Positions 9,484 through 18,849 of a DNA stretch of 64,000 bases are shown here, in pieces (the first letter of the stretch is position 1; each line of letters opens with the position of its first letter). The stretch comes from an uncultured Candidatus Bathyarchaeia archaeon (GTDB taxonomy: Archaea > Thermoproteota > Bathyarchaeia > 40CM-2-53-6): positions 4,042-68,041 of the forward strand of contig CAZRNA010000001.1 of the NCBI GenBank assembly GCA_964601325.1, read 5' to 3'. The notes beneath the pieces were generated by a model. It saw only the letters and a program-made list of their open reading frames with translations, did not search any database and was not told the origin of the DNA. The translations under genes were made by a program, and so were the position numbers.

Positions 9484-10044
9484 TCACTGGGGGCTGGGCG
9501 CAGGCGTGGCTGGTTCCGCCGGTTGCCCTTTGAGGGATTGGCGTGCAGGGTGTTCACTCTTCGCGAGAGGGCTCGCACCAGCGTAATTCACTCGCTCCTG
9601 ATCCGCCTTTGCTACCAGATATCCTGAAACTGAGACTACGCGTCCGCCAATGGCGATGTGACCGTGTGATATCAGTTGTCTAGCTTGCGAGGGGGAGCCC
9701 GCAAGTCCACCGCGGAAGACAATCGTCTGCAGCCTTCGTTCAAGCAGGTCCCTGATGTCTAGGTCGAGGGTATCGTCGATGCTCGCTGTCTCTCCAGCTA
9801 GCCCCATCCTTCTTAATCGTGAGAGAAAGTCCCGCTCGGATTTCTCTCGTTCCGTGCCAGATTTGGCAAGCAGTGAACGAGCAATTCCACGCATTTCGGA
9901 GAGCATCGTCTTGTACCGCCACAGCTCCCGCTTGTTCCTCAGCCCATATTCACCCATCAGTCTGAGTTCCACATCGAGCTGGTCTCGACGCCATGGATGA
10001 CGTGGTGTCGCGTACTTCTTTCTCTGCTTCTTTGGATCTCCCAA
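9484..10044 (-). CDS. rps4: 30S ribosomal protein S4 (uS4, archaeal)
   Basis: 'KKQRKKYATPRHPW...LRNKRELWR' matches the archaeal S4 N-terminus and S4 RNA-binding domain. Confidence 0.85.
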   Translation of the reverse strand: MGDPKKQRKKYATPRHPWRRDQLDVELRLMGEYGLRNKRELWRYKTMLSEMRGIARSLLAKSGTEREKSERDFLSRLRRMGLAGETASIDDTLDLDIRDLLERRLQTIVFRGGLAGSPSQARQLISHGHIAIGGRVVSVSGYLVAKADQERVNYAGASPLAKSEHPARQSLKGQPAEPATPAPSPQ

Positions 10045-10066
10045 ATCACGTTCCCCTGTCCGGTTG

Positions 10067-10567
10067 TTACTTCTTGTCCTCAGCCCTTCCTTCTCTTATG
10101 GCAGCTCTGGCGGCTTCGATCGCGGCCTTCTTCTTCACTCCGACCGCTCGGCCCTTGCGGCCTGTGCTCTTGGTGCGTTGGCCTCGAACCTTCAGGCCAA
10201 GCGAGTGCCGCACACCTTTCCATGTGCGTATTTCCTTGACGAAGTCAATGTCAGCCTTCGTCCTCAAGGCTAGGTCGGGGCCGATCAAGTGTGCATCTCT
10301 GCCTGTCTCAAGATCCTTCCTGCGATTGAAAAGTCTTGATGGAAGGTTGTATTTCGCAGGATCCGTTACCACGTCCTCTAGGCGGTCAACGTCATCTTCT
10401 GAGAGGTTGCCAACTCGCATCTCGGCTTTCAGCTCCGCGGCCTTCACAACTGCAGCTGCAAAGCTCGGGCCTATTCCGCGAATCCTCGTAATACCGTAGA
10501 CGAGCTTCTTGGATCCGTCTATGTCGGTACCTGCGACACGGACGATGTGCCTAAACTCTCTGGACAT
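10067..10567 (-). CDS. rps13: 30S ribosomal protein S13 (uS13)
   Basis: 'FRHIVRVAGTDIDGSKKLVYGITRIRGIG' is the S13 signature. The start is probably the internal Met ('MSREF'). Confidence 0.85.
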   Translation of the reverse strand: MSREFRHIVRVAGTDIDGSKKLVYGITRIRGIGPSFAAAVVKAAELKAEMRVGNLSEDDVDRLEDVVTDPAKYNLPSRLFNRRKDLETGRDAHLIGPDLALRTKADIDFVKEIRTWKGVRHSLGLKVRGQRTKSTGRKGRAVGVKKKAAIEAARAAIREGRAEDKK

Positions 10568-10627
10568 CACTTGAACCGGCAAGCGGCTAACGCAGAACAA
10601 ATCAGGAATTAAACCTTCCCCAAGGAG

Positions 10628-11155
10628 CTAGTCGTGCTCGTGCTGGGCCGTCGTCTTTGTCAGAGGCTTCCTTAGGAGAAGCCTGTCATCGCCGCTCGGA
10701 TACCATTTCCTGTCAACCCGAACGTCTGAGAAGCCTAGAGCATGATAGAAGCTTCGGGTTCTGGCGTAGGGCTCGTACTCAACCGAGTCAGCGACAGTAG
10801 ACACTTCGAGCGCTGAGACACCTGACTTCACGAGGACCTCCTCAAGGGCCTTCACGAGACGGCGACCGACCCCTTTCCGGTGAGACCCTGGATGAACCGC
10901 GATCCAAGTCAACTCGGCAACTTTCTCGCCCGCTGTGATGACGTAGGTGACGAAGCCAATCATGCTCTCGTCTTCCAATGCAACCAGTCCCTTCTGAGTC
11001 TGGAGATCTTTTGCAATATGTTGTACTCCAAGTTCAGTGAACCATTGATGAAGTGCCTTCGCCATCTCGACTATCGCCGTGTGATCTTCCTGAATGATGC
11101 GTCTGATGCCCAGGGTCATGTTATCCTCGGAGCTTGTGGCATAGGGCTCCTTCAT
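10628..11155 (-). CDS. GNAT-family N-acetyltransferase (RimI-like)
   Basis: 'HPGSHRKGVGRRLV' corresponds to acetyl-CoA-binding motif A (Q/RxxGxG/A). Confidence 0.6.
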   Translation of the reverse strand: MKEPYATSSEDNMTLGIRRIIQEDHTAIVEMAKALHQWFTELGVQHIAKDLQTQKGLVALEDESMIGFVTYVITAGEKVAELTWIAVHPGSHRKGVGRRLVKALEEVLVKSGVSALEVSTVADSVEYEPYARTRSFYHALGFSDVRVDRKWYPSGDDRLLLRKPLTKTTAQHEHD

Positions 11156-11226
11156 GTCTCTTAGGCTGACTATCAGAATCTTAATTGAAGAGCCGTCCCT
11201 CTAGCGAAAGTACGTGGCGTATTCTC

Positions 11227-12639
11227 TTGGGCGAGTCATCTAGGGTTGAACATGATACAATGGGAAGTGTCACGGTGCCGGCAAGCGCATACTACGGCGC
11301 TCAGACACAGAGAGCGCTCGACAACTTCCGGATATCCGGACTGGTGTTCCCTAGGAGGTTCATCAGAGCCCTCGGAATCGTCAAGGAGGCCGCGGCCCAC
11401 GTTAACATGCAGTTGGGTCTTCTTGATGAGAAGAAGGGAAAGGCGATCGTTCAGGCTGCTCAGGAAGTAACCGATGGAAAACTGGACCGGCAATTCATCG
11501 TTGATGTCTTTCAAACAGGATCTGGAACGTCAACGAACATGAATGCGAACGAGGTGATAGCGAATCGTTCGATAGAACTCCTAGGTGGCACTAAAGGCGA
11601 TAAGCAGGTTGTTCATCCAAATGACCATGTGAACATGAGCCAGTCCTCAAATGATGTCTTCCCGACAGCAATTCACATATCAGCTGCAGAGGCGCTTGTG
11701 GCCGATCTCCTGCCAGCACTGAAGAAGCTCGTTCTGGCCCTTGAGGAGAAGGCTGACGAGTTTTCCGACGTTGTGAAGCCCGGAAGGACACACCTGCAGG
11801 ATGCAGTCCCCGTGACGTTGGGACAGGAGTTGAGCGGATACGCTAGCATGATAGCTCACGGAATAGAGCGAATTGAGAAAGCGAAGAGTTCACTTTTGGA
11901 ACTTCCAATCGGTGGAACCGCTGTCGGGACAGGCTTAAACGCGGACCCAGATTTCGGAAGGCTTGTTGTGCAGAGAATTAACGAGATGACTGGACTTCAG
12001 TTCTGTCCTTCCAAGAACAAGTTTGAGGCACTCCAGAATCGTGATGCCGCTGTTGAGACGAGCGGGGCGCTCCGATCAGTAGCGGTTAGCCTCATGAAGA
12101 TCTGTAATGACCTTCGGCTGCTCAGTTCTGGACCAGAGACCGGACTCGGTGAAATCGAGCTTCCCGCGGTTCAACCCGGTTCCAGCATCATGCCGGGAAA
12201 GGTGAATCCTGTCGTGCCTGAGTCTGTGAACATGGTTTGTGCGCAGGTCATCGGGAACGACTTGGCGATCACAGTCGCCGGACAGTCCGGAACGCTCGAA
12301 CTGAATGTCATGATGCCTCTGATCGCATTCAACTTGCTCCAATCAATAGCGATCGAGACAAATGGGGCAAAACTGTTGGCTGAGAAATGCATAGCAGGGA
12401 TCAAAGCGAACCGTGGCCGATGTGAGAACCTAGCTGAGAGAAGCTATGCACTAGCAACCGCCGTTGCTCCGTCAATTGGCTATGACCGAGCTGCGCAGAT
12501 AGTGAAAAAGGCCCAAGGCGAGAGCAAGACGATTCGTGAAGTAATGTTGGAGGAAGGTATTCCCAAAGATGAAGTCGACCGAATCCTAGACTTGAAGAGA
12601 ATGACGCAAGGGGGGAAGGTGGAGAACAGGGATTCATAA
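11227..12639 (+). CDS. fumC: Class II fumarate hydratase (fumarase C)
   Basis: 'GSSIMPGKVNP' is the fumarate lyase signature. 'QSSNDVFPTA' and 'GSGTSTNMNANEVIANR' are FumC-like. The start is probably the TTG at 11227 ('(M)GESSRVEHDTMGSV'), and the ORF track starts at 11185. Confidence 0.8.
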   Translation: MGESSRVEHDTMGSVTVPASAYYGAQTQRALDNFRISGLVFPRRFIRALGIVKEAAAHVNMQLGLLDEKKGKAIVQAAQEVTDGKLDRQFIVDVFQTGSGTSTNMNANEVIANRSIELLGGTKGDKQVVHPNDHVNMSQSSNDVFPTAIHISAAEALVADLLPALKKLVLALEEKADEFSDVVKPGRTHLQDAVPVTLGQELSGYASMIAHGIERIEKAKSSLLELPIGGTAVGTGLNADPDFGRLVVQRINEMTGLQFCPSKNKFEALQNRDAAVETSGALRSVAVSLMKICNDLRLLSSGPETGLGEIELPAVQPGSSIMPGKVNPVVPESVNMVCAQVIGNDLAITVAGQSGTLELNVMMPLIAFNLLQSIAIETNGAKLLAEKCIAGIKANRGRCENLAERSYALATAVAPSIGYDRAAQIVKKAQGESKTIREVMLEEGIPKDEVDRILDLKRMTQGGKVENRDS

Positions 12640-12669
12640 GCTGGCCATTACGATTCGAGACTGCGTACA

Positions 12670-13311
12670 GTGCTCTACGCGGTTCCCCACCGAAGGACCG
12701 ATAAAAGCCCGCTGTCAGACTACGTCTCGAAGAGTAATCGACAGAGCGGCTTCATGTTGGCAAGCAGGTTCAGAACAGCCGTGCACGCATCGGCCCTATT
12801 GATCCCGTTCATCGCGGAGGTCACATCAAAATCCACAGTCGCCGTGGCTCTTGTAGCTACGACCGCTGCTTACATTCTGTCGGAGGTACTACGTCTCAGA
12901 TCCAAGAACGTCCCATTGATCACGCGATTCACACTGGCAATGAGTCGTGAGGACGAAAGTCCCCGTTTGGTCGTTGCACCGATCTACCTAGCAGTTGGTG
13001 TGGTTCTCTCTCTGCTCGCTTTTCCGAAGAACATCGCATACGCTTCAATCACCATCGTCGCGGTGGGCGACCCGGTGGCATCGTACCTTGGCAGAAAGCT
13101 CGGTCGAATACATGTGAGGCAGAAGACGTTGGAGGGTTTCGCTGGCGGCTTGATTGTTTCATTTGCGGCCGCGTTGCTCTGGGTTCCTCCTCATCTTGCG
13201 CTGGTAGGCTCAATTGGTGGGATGTTATTCGAGCTTCTCGGACTCCTTGATGATAACCTTACGATTCCAGTTGGTGCGGGGTCAGCAATGCTGATCACGA
13301 GCATTCTGTAG
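12670..13311 (+). CDS. CTP-dependent polyprenol/phosphatidate transferase-kinase family membrane protein (CDS / dolichol kinase / DUF92-like)
   Basis: 213 aa with about 6 TM helices. 'VGDPVASYLGRKLGRIHVRQKTLEGFAGG' resembles the C-terminal signature of the cytidylyltransferase / dolichol kinase family. Confidence 0.4.
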   Translation: MLYAVPHRRTDKSPLSDYVSKSNRQSGFMLASRFRTAVHASALLIPFIAEVTSKSTVAVALVATTAAYILSEVLRLRSKNVPLITRFTLAMSREDESPRLVVAPIYLAVGVVLSLLAFPKNIAYASITIVAVGDPVASYLGRKLGRIHVRQKTLEGFAGGLIVSFAAALLWVPPHLALVGSIGGMLFELLGLLDDNLTIPVGAGSAMLITSIL

Positions 13312-13397
13312 CCCTTCACGTTTCTTGATGCAGAAGAAAGTTTGCGAGCAACCGCCTTCGACAGCTTGACCAGTTCGTTGCGGACAGCAAACGGAGA

Positions 13398-14132
13398 TCA
13401 GACTCCTAGGTGCAGTCGGTCGGCTAGTAGTTTTGGAAGTCCGGCTGCAACTATCTTGCTCGCAGCCGCGTCGATGTCGTAGGCGACTCTGTGTATCTGG
13501 AATTCGGGTTCTGCAAATGGTTCAAGAATCGCATAACTTGCCCGCGCGTTCCCGTCTCTGGGTTGACCGACACCGCCAGGATTCCCAAGCAACATTGAGT
13601 CAAACTTACGAAAGAAGGGGACGTGCGTGTGTCCGAGCAGGAGCATAGTCCCTCCGGAGCCTTCGACCAGACTCCTGAGAATGAACTCCGCAGTATCCGG
13701 GTAGACATACTCGTTGAGAGGATCCCTTGGACTTCCGTGCGCTAGGGCAATCTTGATGCCGTCCACAACGTAAGTTGTCTTCGTGCGCAGGCTCGCGATA
13801 TACCGTAGGTTTTCAGGTGAAATCTTCTTGCGTGTCCATTCGACAGCTTGCACTGCATACTGCACAAACCCTGACGTGTCGCCAGTCGAGACTGCATAGT
13901 CATGGTTTCCCATTACGATGGCCATTGGTCTCAACGATCTGATCTCGGATACGACTTCGTTTGGCTGGGCACCGTACCCGACAAGATCGCCGAGGCACAC
14001 CAAGGCTTCATAGTCACCTATTGCTGACAGAACCGCTTGCAAGGCATCGTAGTTAGAGTGGATATCTGAGATCACTGCGATCCGCGTTGTCTGTTCCGTG
14101 TTCGCGAAGAACTTGGGCGTCTCCTGATCCAT
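13398..14132 (-). CDS. Metallophosphoesterase (YfcE/MJ0936-like)
   Basis: 'IAVISDIHSN' (DxH), 'CLGDLVGYG' (GD), 'MGNHD' and 'GHTHVP' are present. The start is probably the second Met, which abuts the AAA gene stop. Confidence 0.6.
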   Translation of the reverse strand: MDQETPKFFANTEQTTRIAVISDIHSNYDALQAVLSAIGDYEALVCLGDLVGYGAQPNEVVSEIRSLRPMAIVMGNHDYAVSTGDTSGFVQYAVQAVEWTRKKISPENLRYIASLRTKTTYVVDGIKIALAHGSPRDPLNEYVYPDTAEFILRSLVEGSGGTMLLLGHTHVPFFRKFDSMLLGNPGGVGQPRDGNARASYAILEPFAEPEFQIHRVAYDIDAAASKIVAAGLPKLLADRLHLGV

Positions 14133-16735
14133 TAGGCTCTTTCGCCGTATGTTTCTAGGAATCCCCGACATTCTTCAATAGATTCCTTGGTTATCGAAGG
14201 CTTGATTCCCTTGACGGCGTTCTGAAGGTCTCGCGTTGTGATCTTCTCGTGTTCTATCCCCTTTACCGTATCGCGTACTGCTGTCATCTTGGCTTCTCTG
14301 ACGATCGCTGCTATGTCTGCGCCGCTGTAGCCCTCCGTTGACCTTACTAAGACGTCATAGTCGAGGTCGGCCATTGGAGATTCACGCAGTTCAATCTGGA
14401 ATATTGCCCTTCTTGCCTCATGGTCGGGCGGGGGAACGTACACTATCTTGTCAAATCGCCCAGGTCGCAGCAAAGCTGCATCGACCCAATGCGGTTTGTT
14501 TGTTGCTGAGAGCACCATCACATTTCGCAGATCTTTGATCCCGTCCATCTCAATCAGCAGTTGTGAGATAGGCTTGACTGCTTGTGTACCTGCTTCCCGT
14601 GAAGAGGCAAGACTCTCTATCTCGTCTATGAAAACTATCGCGGGAGTGTTTTCTCGAGCTCTATAGAAGAGCTCTTTTATCGCTGCGGCTATTTCTCCCG
14701 CCGACTTGTGAGAAAGTTCCCCTCCACTTGTAGTCAGAAAAGTGGCCTCTAATGAACCCGCGGCTGCTTTCGCAATCAGCGTTTTCCCACATCCTGGGGG
14801 TCCGAAGAGAAGCAGGCCCTTCGTGGACTGAAGACCATATTTCTTCATGAGTTCAGGGCGTTTGAGTGGCAGCTCTATCGTCTCCATGATAATCCGCTTG
14901 ACGTTGTCCAATCCTGCGATGTCTGCGAAGGTCACTCGAGGCTTCAGTTCCTCTTCTTTTCTTGACGTTCTTCTTTCGAAGTCTAGCCTCAACTTCTCGT
15001 AGTCTTCGAGCATTTGGATCGTGATGCTGGGCTTGTAGGTGCGAATGGTCTGTGCGAGTTCACTCATTCCGATCGGTACGACTTCTCCTCCTTTCATTGC
15101 TCTCTTGGCGACGTCAACTGCAGTCATCTGCACAGCATTTCGAATGTCGGCACCAGAGAATCTCTCGGATAGGGCAGCCAACTTGTCGTAGTCCACATCT
15201 GCCGCCATCGGTTTGTCTTTGCAGTGTACTTGGAAGATCGCTTTCCTAGCTTCTTTGTCTGGCGGCGCAATGTAGATCACTCTATCGAAACGTCCGGGCC
15301 TTAGAATGGCCTCGTCTAGAAGTTCTGGCTTGTTTGTGGCGCCCACGACCAAGAGCATTGCCTTCTCCTTCTCCAAGCCGTCCATTTCAGAGAGCATCAA
15401 GCTCAGCAGGCGGGGCGTAATATCGTCTGAACCATACAGGTCTCTCTTCTTGGCTATTGAATCGATCTCGTCAAAGAATAGGACCGATGGCGCGGTGGAT
15501 CGCGCGAGTTTGAATACCTCCGTGACTCGCTTCTCGCTTTCCCCGTACCACTTCGAGACGATGTCAGAAGTCTTCACATAATAGAAATTCGACTTCAGAG
15601 TCTGTGCGAGGGCTTTCATCAGAAGGGTCTTTCCACAACCTGGAGGGCCAAAGAGGAGAATTCCTCTAGGGGGTTCCGCTCCGTACGTTCTTGCAACATC
15701 AGATTTCTGTAGTGGCATCAGCACGGAGTCGTGGATCTCCTGCTTGAGCTGGCTGTAGCCTCCTATCTGGTCCCAGGCCAATTCCGGCTTGGCCTCTCTC
15801 TTCTCGAGTACGGGTTGAGCCACGGTCGTTGTTTGCGCCGCCCTAGCCTTCTGAAGAGCTGTCATCCTCGAGAGGTCCGTTCTTGCGAGTTGAAGAGAGA
15901 AAGTCACGAAGAGACCAAACGCTAATCCAAACATCATCTCGAACCCAAAATTCGATACAAAGATTGAAGATCCATAGGTGTAGGCAGCGGCCAATGGCAA
16001 GAAGCCTAACGCAGTCGCCACCGTCCACGGGTAAGCTCGTGTCCACTTCTTGGCGACCATCCCTGTAACGTATCCCGCTAGGCCCCAGCAGGCCGTCTCG
16101 ATGTAGAACGTCACATCGTCTATGAGATTCCTGAGCAACGTGGCTTGAAGTTGCCCGTATGCCGCCGGACTAGGACTTCGTGAATCATAGATGAATGATA
16201 GAGGAAGCCATGGATCCGGCAGTGGCTGAGGTGGCTGAACAGTAGGGACGTAGGGCACCACCAACAGTGCAAAGTTCGTTGTTCCCTTCATCCAGCCTAG
16301 CAAGAAGAGAGAAACCGCTAGACTCACTCCAGCCAATGCTCCATCCTTCGATCCAATGACCAAGCCACAAACAATCAGGGGCACGAACGCGATGATTGAG
16401 AGCGGGGAAAGAGCCAACGCCCATGCCAAGACCACCAGAGAGAGCGAGGGCCAAGTTCTATTCAACGCAAGCACGAGAAGGCATAGGGAGGCATAGACTA
16501 GTCCGAAGAACGTATTCTGGTAGTAGGCCGGGAGGATCGACAAAAACAGTCCCGTCGCAAGCGCGGCCATTGGATACTTCAAAGAAAGGATGAAAATGCC
16601 GATAACGAGAATGGCGACGATGAATAACGGGAAATACGGGAAAAGAAGCAAGACATAGAGGGACAGACAGACTGCAACCAGGCCACGAAAACTCCTGATC
16701 AGAATCGGAGAGCCAAGGAGGTCCATTCTCGTCAA
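14132..16735 (-). CDS. Membrane-anchored Cdc48/VCP-like tandem AAA+ ATPase. The first about 290 aa form a polytopic membrane domain, followed by D1 and D2 AAA modules
   Basis: Two 'GPPGCGKT' Walker A motifs are each followed by 'DEID/DEIE' Walker B and second-region-of-homology Arg ('RPGRFD'). The N-terminal 290 aa are almost entirely hydrophobic helices. Confidence 0.8.
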   Translation of the reverse strand: MTRMDLLGSPILIRSFRGLVAVCLSLYVLLLFPYFPLFIVAILVIGIFILSLKYPMAALATGLFLSILPAYYQNTFFGLVYASLCLLVLALNRTWPSLSLVVLAWALALSPLSIIAFVPLIVCGLVIGSKDGALAGVSLAVSLFLLGWMKGTTNFALLVVPYVPTVQPPQPLPDPWLPLSFIYDSRSPSPAAYGQLQATLLRNLIDDVTFYIETACWGLAGYVTGMVAKKWTRAYPWTVATALGFLPLAAAYTYGSSIFVSNFGFEMMFGLAFGLFVTFSLQLARTDLSRMTALQKARAAQTTTVAQPVLEKREAKPELAWDQIGGYSQLKQEIHDSVLMPLQKSDVARTYGAEPPRGILLFGPPGCGKTLLMKALAQTLKSNFYYVKTSDIVSKWYGESEKRVTEVFKLARSTAPSVLFFDEIDSIAKKRDLYGSDDITPRLLSLMLSEMDGLEKEKAMLLVVGATNKPELLDEAILRPGRFDRVIYIAPPDKEARKAIFQVHCKDKPMAADVDYDKLAALSERFSGADIRNAVQMTAVDVAKRAMKGGEVVPIGMSELAQTIRTYKPSITIQMLEDYEKLRLDFERRTSRKEEELKPRVTFADIAGLDNVKRIIMETIELPLKRPELMKKYGLQSTKGLLLFGPPGCGKTLIAKAAAGSLEATFLTTSGGELSHKSAGEIAAAIKELFYRARENTPAIVFIDEIESLASSREAGTQAVKPISQLLIEMDGIKDLRNVMVLSATNKPHWVDAALLRPGRFDKIVYVPPPDHEARRAIFQIELRESPMADLDYDVLVRSTEGYSGADIAAIVREAKMTAVRDTVKGIEHEKITTRDLQNAVKGIKPSITKESIEECRGFLETYGERA

Positions 16736-16984
16736 GACCAGACTGCAGTAGGACGATCAGACGCCCTGTGCCTTTAAGGCTTGGTGATTGACCTATCGTC
16801 GGAGCTCTGCTGATCAGGGCAGAAGTGCGCACACAAGAGCAAGGCATACAACGGTATCAAGATAGCAAGCGGAGTATGGAAGATGTTCATCAACAACTCA
16901 GAGCTGAAGACTTGGCCAAGATCTGGCATGACGCCAAAAGCTTGATCTGTTCATGACTCAGGACTTCCTGACTGGGAGATCGGG

Positions 16985-18319
16985 ATGAAGAGGACTCAGG
17001 TCAAAGTACTCGCTCTCTTCGTCATCCTCTGTTCCCTCACTCTGTTAGGTCAGATGCCACGCGAAACACTTGCTCAAACAGGAGAGATTGAGGTTGATAA
17101 CCTTCGAGGTGTGCAGTACCAAACCTCCGAGGACGTGTTCTCCAATGCAGCGGTGAACGGCACATTCTATTGGTGGGTTCCGGTGAAGAACCAGGAGAGC
17201 GGCACCCTGAACGGCGCCACTGTCGAAGTCGTGACCCGATTACCTTCTACATGGTTTGAATATTTCGGGCCAGATCCCAACTCAACTCTTCAGAAGGGAG
17301 ACGATTATCTCTACACATGGAAGATGGGGTCGATAGCTCCTCGTGGCGAGCAGGGGATTTCGCTTGGAAGCAAGTCCGTAGAGAAATTCGCACCCGGATT
17401 CGACTCTCGAAGAGTTTTGATTCCTGGCATAATCGAGTCCCAGATTTCGAACCAGACAGTTGTTGTGTCGGTCACACCGCGTGAGAGTCTGCAGCGAATC
17501 GAGGCTGAAGTATATCTTGAGCAAGGCACTGGTGTTTCGGCGGCTTTCATTCTCTCCACCGCGCTCCCCAAAGTTGACTGGACTTGGGATGATGGAAGAG
17601 GGTTAGGTTGGGGGCTCGATAATCCCAAACCTAATCATGAATACACGTTCAGAGTCATGCTTCAGCTGAAGAACCCAACCTACCCGAACAAGATGTTCTA
17701 CAAGCCCAGGGTTACGGTACGTTCGATAGAAGGGAGAGAGCAGACGAGATCTAGAGGCTCATCTCTCGTGGCCAAGGATGAGGTTCTAGGTACAATCACG
17801 TACTCTCTGCCTGGTAATCATGAATGGTTCTACTACCATGATCACAGGAAGGAGGTTGTGCATCGGTACTCATTAGGGGTGCCGTTCGTTGCGTTGATGA
17901 TTGATAGTCCGACAGCTTTGTCGGTGGTGAAAGGGGTTATGAACATCTCAGCCTCAGCTGTCTCTTCGAGTGGAACGGTACTGGCCATGCAGTGTCGAAT
18001 TGATGGAGGAGAATGGATGCCCTTGAACCCCGGTAACGAGACTCAGAAGGAGTATGGATATGGGGCTCTGGGTGCAAAGTCAGCCTATGTCGGCTCGATC
18101 GACTGGGATACCACTCCCTTGCCGGACGGCCCCCATGAAATCACTATTAGAGCAGAAGACTCAAACGGCATAGCCGACAACAAGACCATCACCGTCATAG
18201 TCGACAACTCTGGGCCAAGGTTCGTCGGGTACTCGCAGATCATCAACTTCGTCTATGTCGTCGCAATAGTCATCGGAATTGTCGGGTTAGTATGGATAGT
18301 GGACAGAAAACGTCGATAG
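16985..18319 (+). CDS. Secreted/cell-surface protein with N-terminal signal peptide and C-terminal TM anchor ending in RKRR
   Basis: 'MKRTQVKVLALFVILCSLTLLGQ' is a signal peptide. The C-terminal 'VYVVAIVIGIVGLVWIVDRKRR' is a TM anchor. It is divergent from the AAA gene. Confidence 0.45.
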   Translation: MKRTQVKVLALFVILCSLTLLGQMPRETLAQTGEIEVDNLRGVQYQTSEDVFSNAAVNGTFYWWVPVKNQESGTLNGATVEVVTRLPSTWFEYFGPDPNSTLQKGDDYLYTWKMGSIAPRGEQGISLGSKSVEKFAPGFDSRRVLIPGIIESQISNQTVVVSVTPRESLQRIEAEVYLEQGTGVSAAFILSTALPKVDWTWDDGRGLGWGLDNPKPNHEYTFRVMLQLKNPTYPNKMFYKPRVTVRSIEGREQTRSRGSSLVAKDEVLGTITYSLPGNHEWFYYHDHRKEVVHRYSLGVPFVALMIDSPTALSVVKGVMNISASAVSSSGTVLAMQCRIDGGEWMPLNPGNETQKEYGYGALGAKSAYVGSIDWDTTPLPDGPHEITIRAEDSNGIADNKTITVIVDNSGPRFVGYSQIINFVYVVAIVIGIVGLVWIVDRKRR

Positions 18320-18462
18320 TTCCAGAGGACGCGTCACGAAGAGATACGTGGCTCTGTCGAACTACCGATTCATCTGCTATGATTCTCTGAACCAATTATG
18401 ATGAGCGACCAAAAGTTGCACTCCGTGGTCGAGACGGGTCAAGGGCGTAGACATATCCAAGA

Positions 18463-18849
18463 GTGAGACACACATCCCATGGGAGAAGGTGGAGTGTCAT
18501 GCGTGCGTTGGAATCCATAGACGAGAAATTCGAGCGCAGTGGAGTCACGTTTCATGCCAGCTTGGTCAAGCTTGAGAATGCTGTCCTCATTCTCTTCTAC
18601 GAAGGATCTAGTAAGCTTGGGACGGTGGCCTTGGCTATGCCAGGGATCTTAGAGGAGAAAGTGGGACGATCATCAGTCCTCTTGGGTGGCAAGTACCTAA
18701 TGGTGAGCAGAGCGCTCGCCGAAAGGGCAGCTGGATCTTTCGGCAAACTAGCACTCGTTTCAGTGAACACATCCATTGAGGAGCCTGAAGCGCTCAGAAT
18801 CTACGCGAAACTGCTAGACGACTTGAAGCAGCCCCAGACGGCCGGCTAG
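18463..18849 (+). CDS. Hypothetical small soluble protein
   Basis: 128 aa with no motif recognised. It is convergent with the HD phosphohydrolase. Confidence 0.3.
   Translation: MRHTSHGRRWSVMRALESIDEKFERSGVTFHASLVKLENAVLILFYEGSSKLGTVALAMPGILEEKVGRSSVLLGGKYLMVSRALAERAAGSFGKLALVSVNTSIEEPEALRIYAKLLDDLKQPQTAG

Noticed and set aside
9993-10499. 168-aa plus-strand ORF overlapping rps13
   Set aside because: It is antisense to a strongly supported ribosomal protein gene and has a Ser/Pro/Arg-rich composition.
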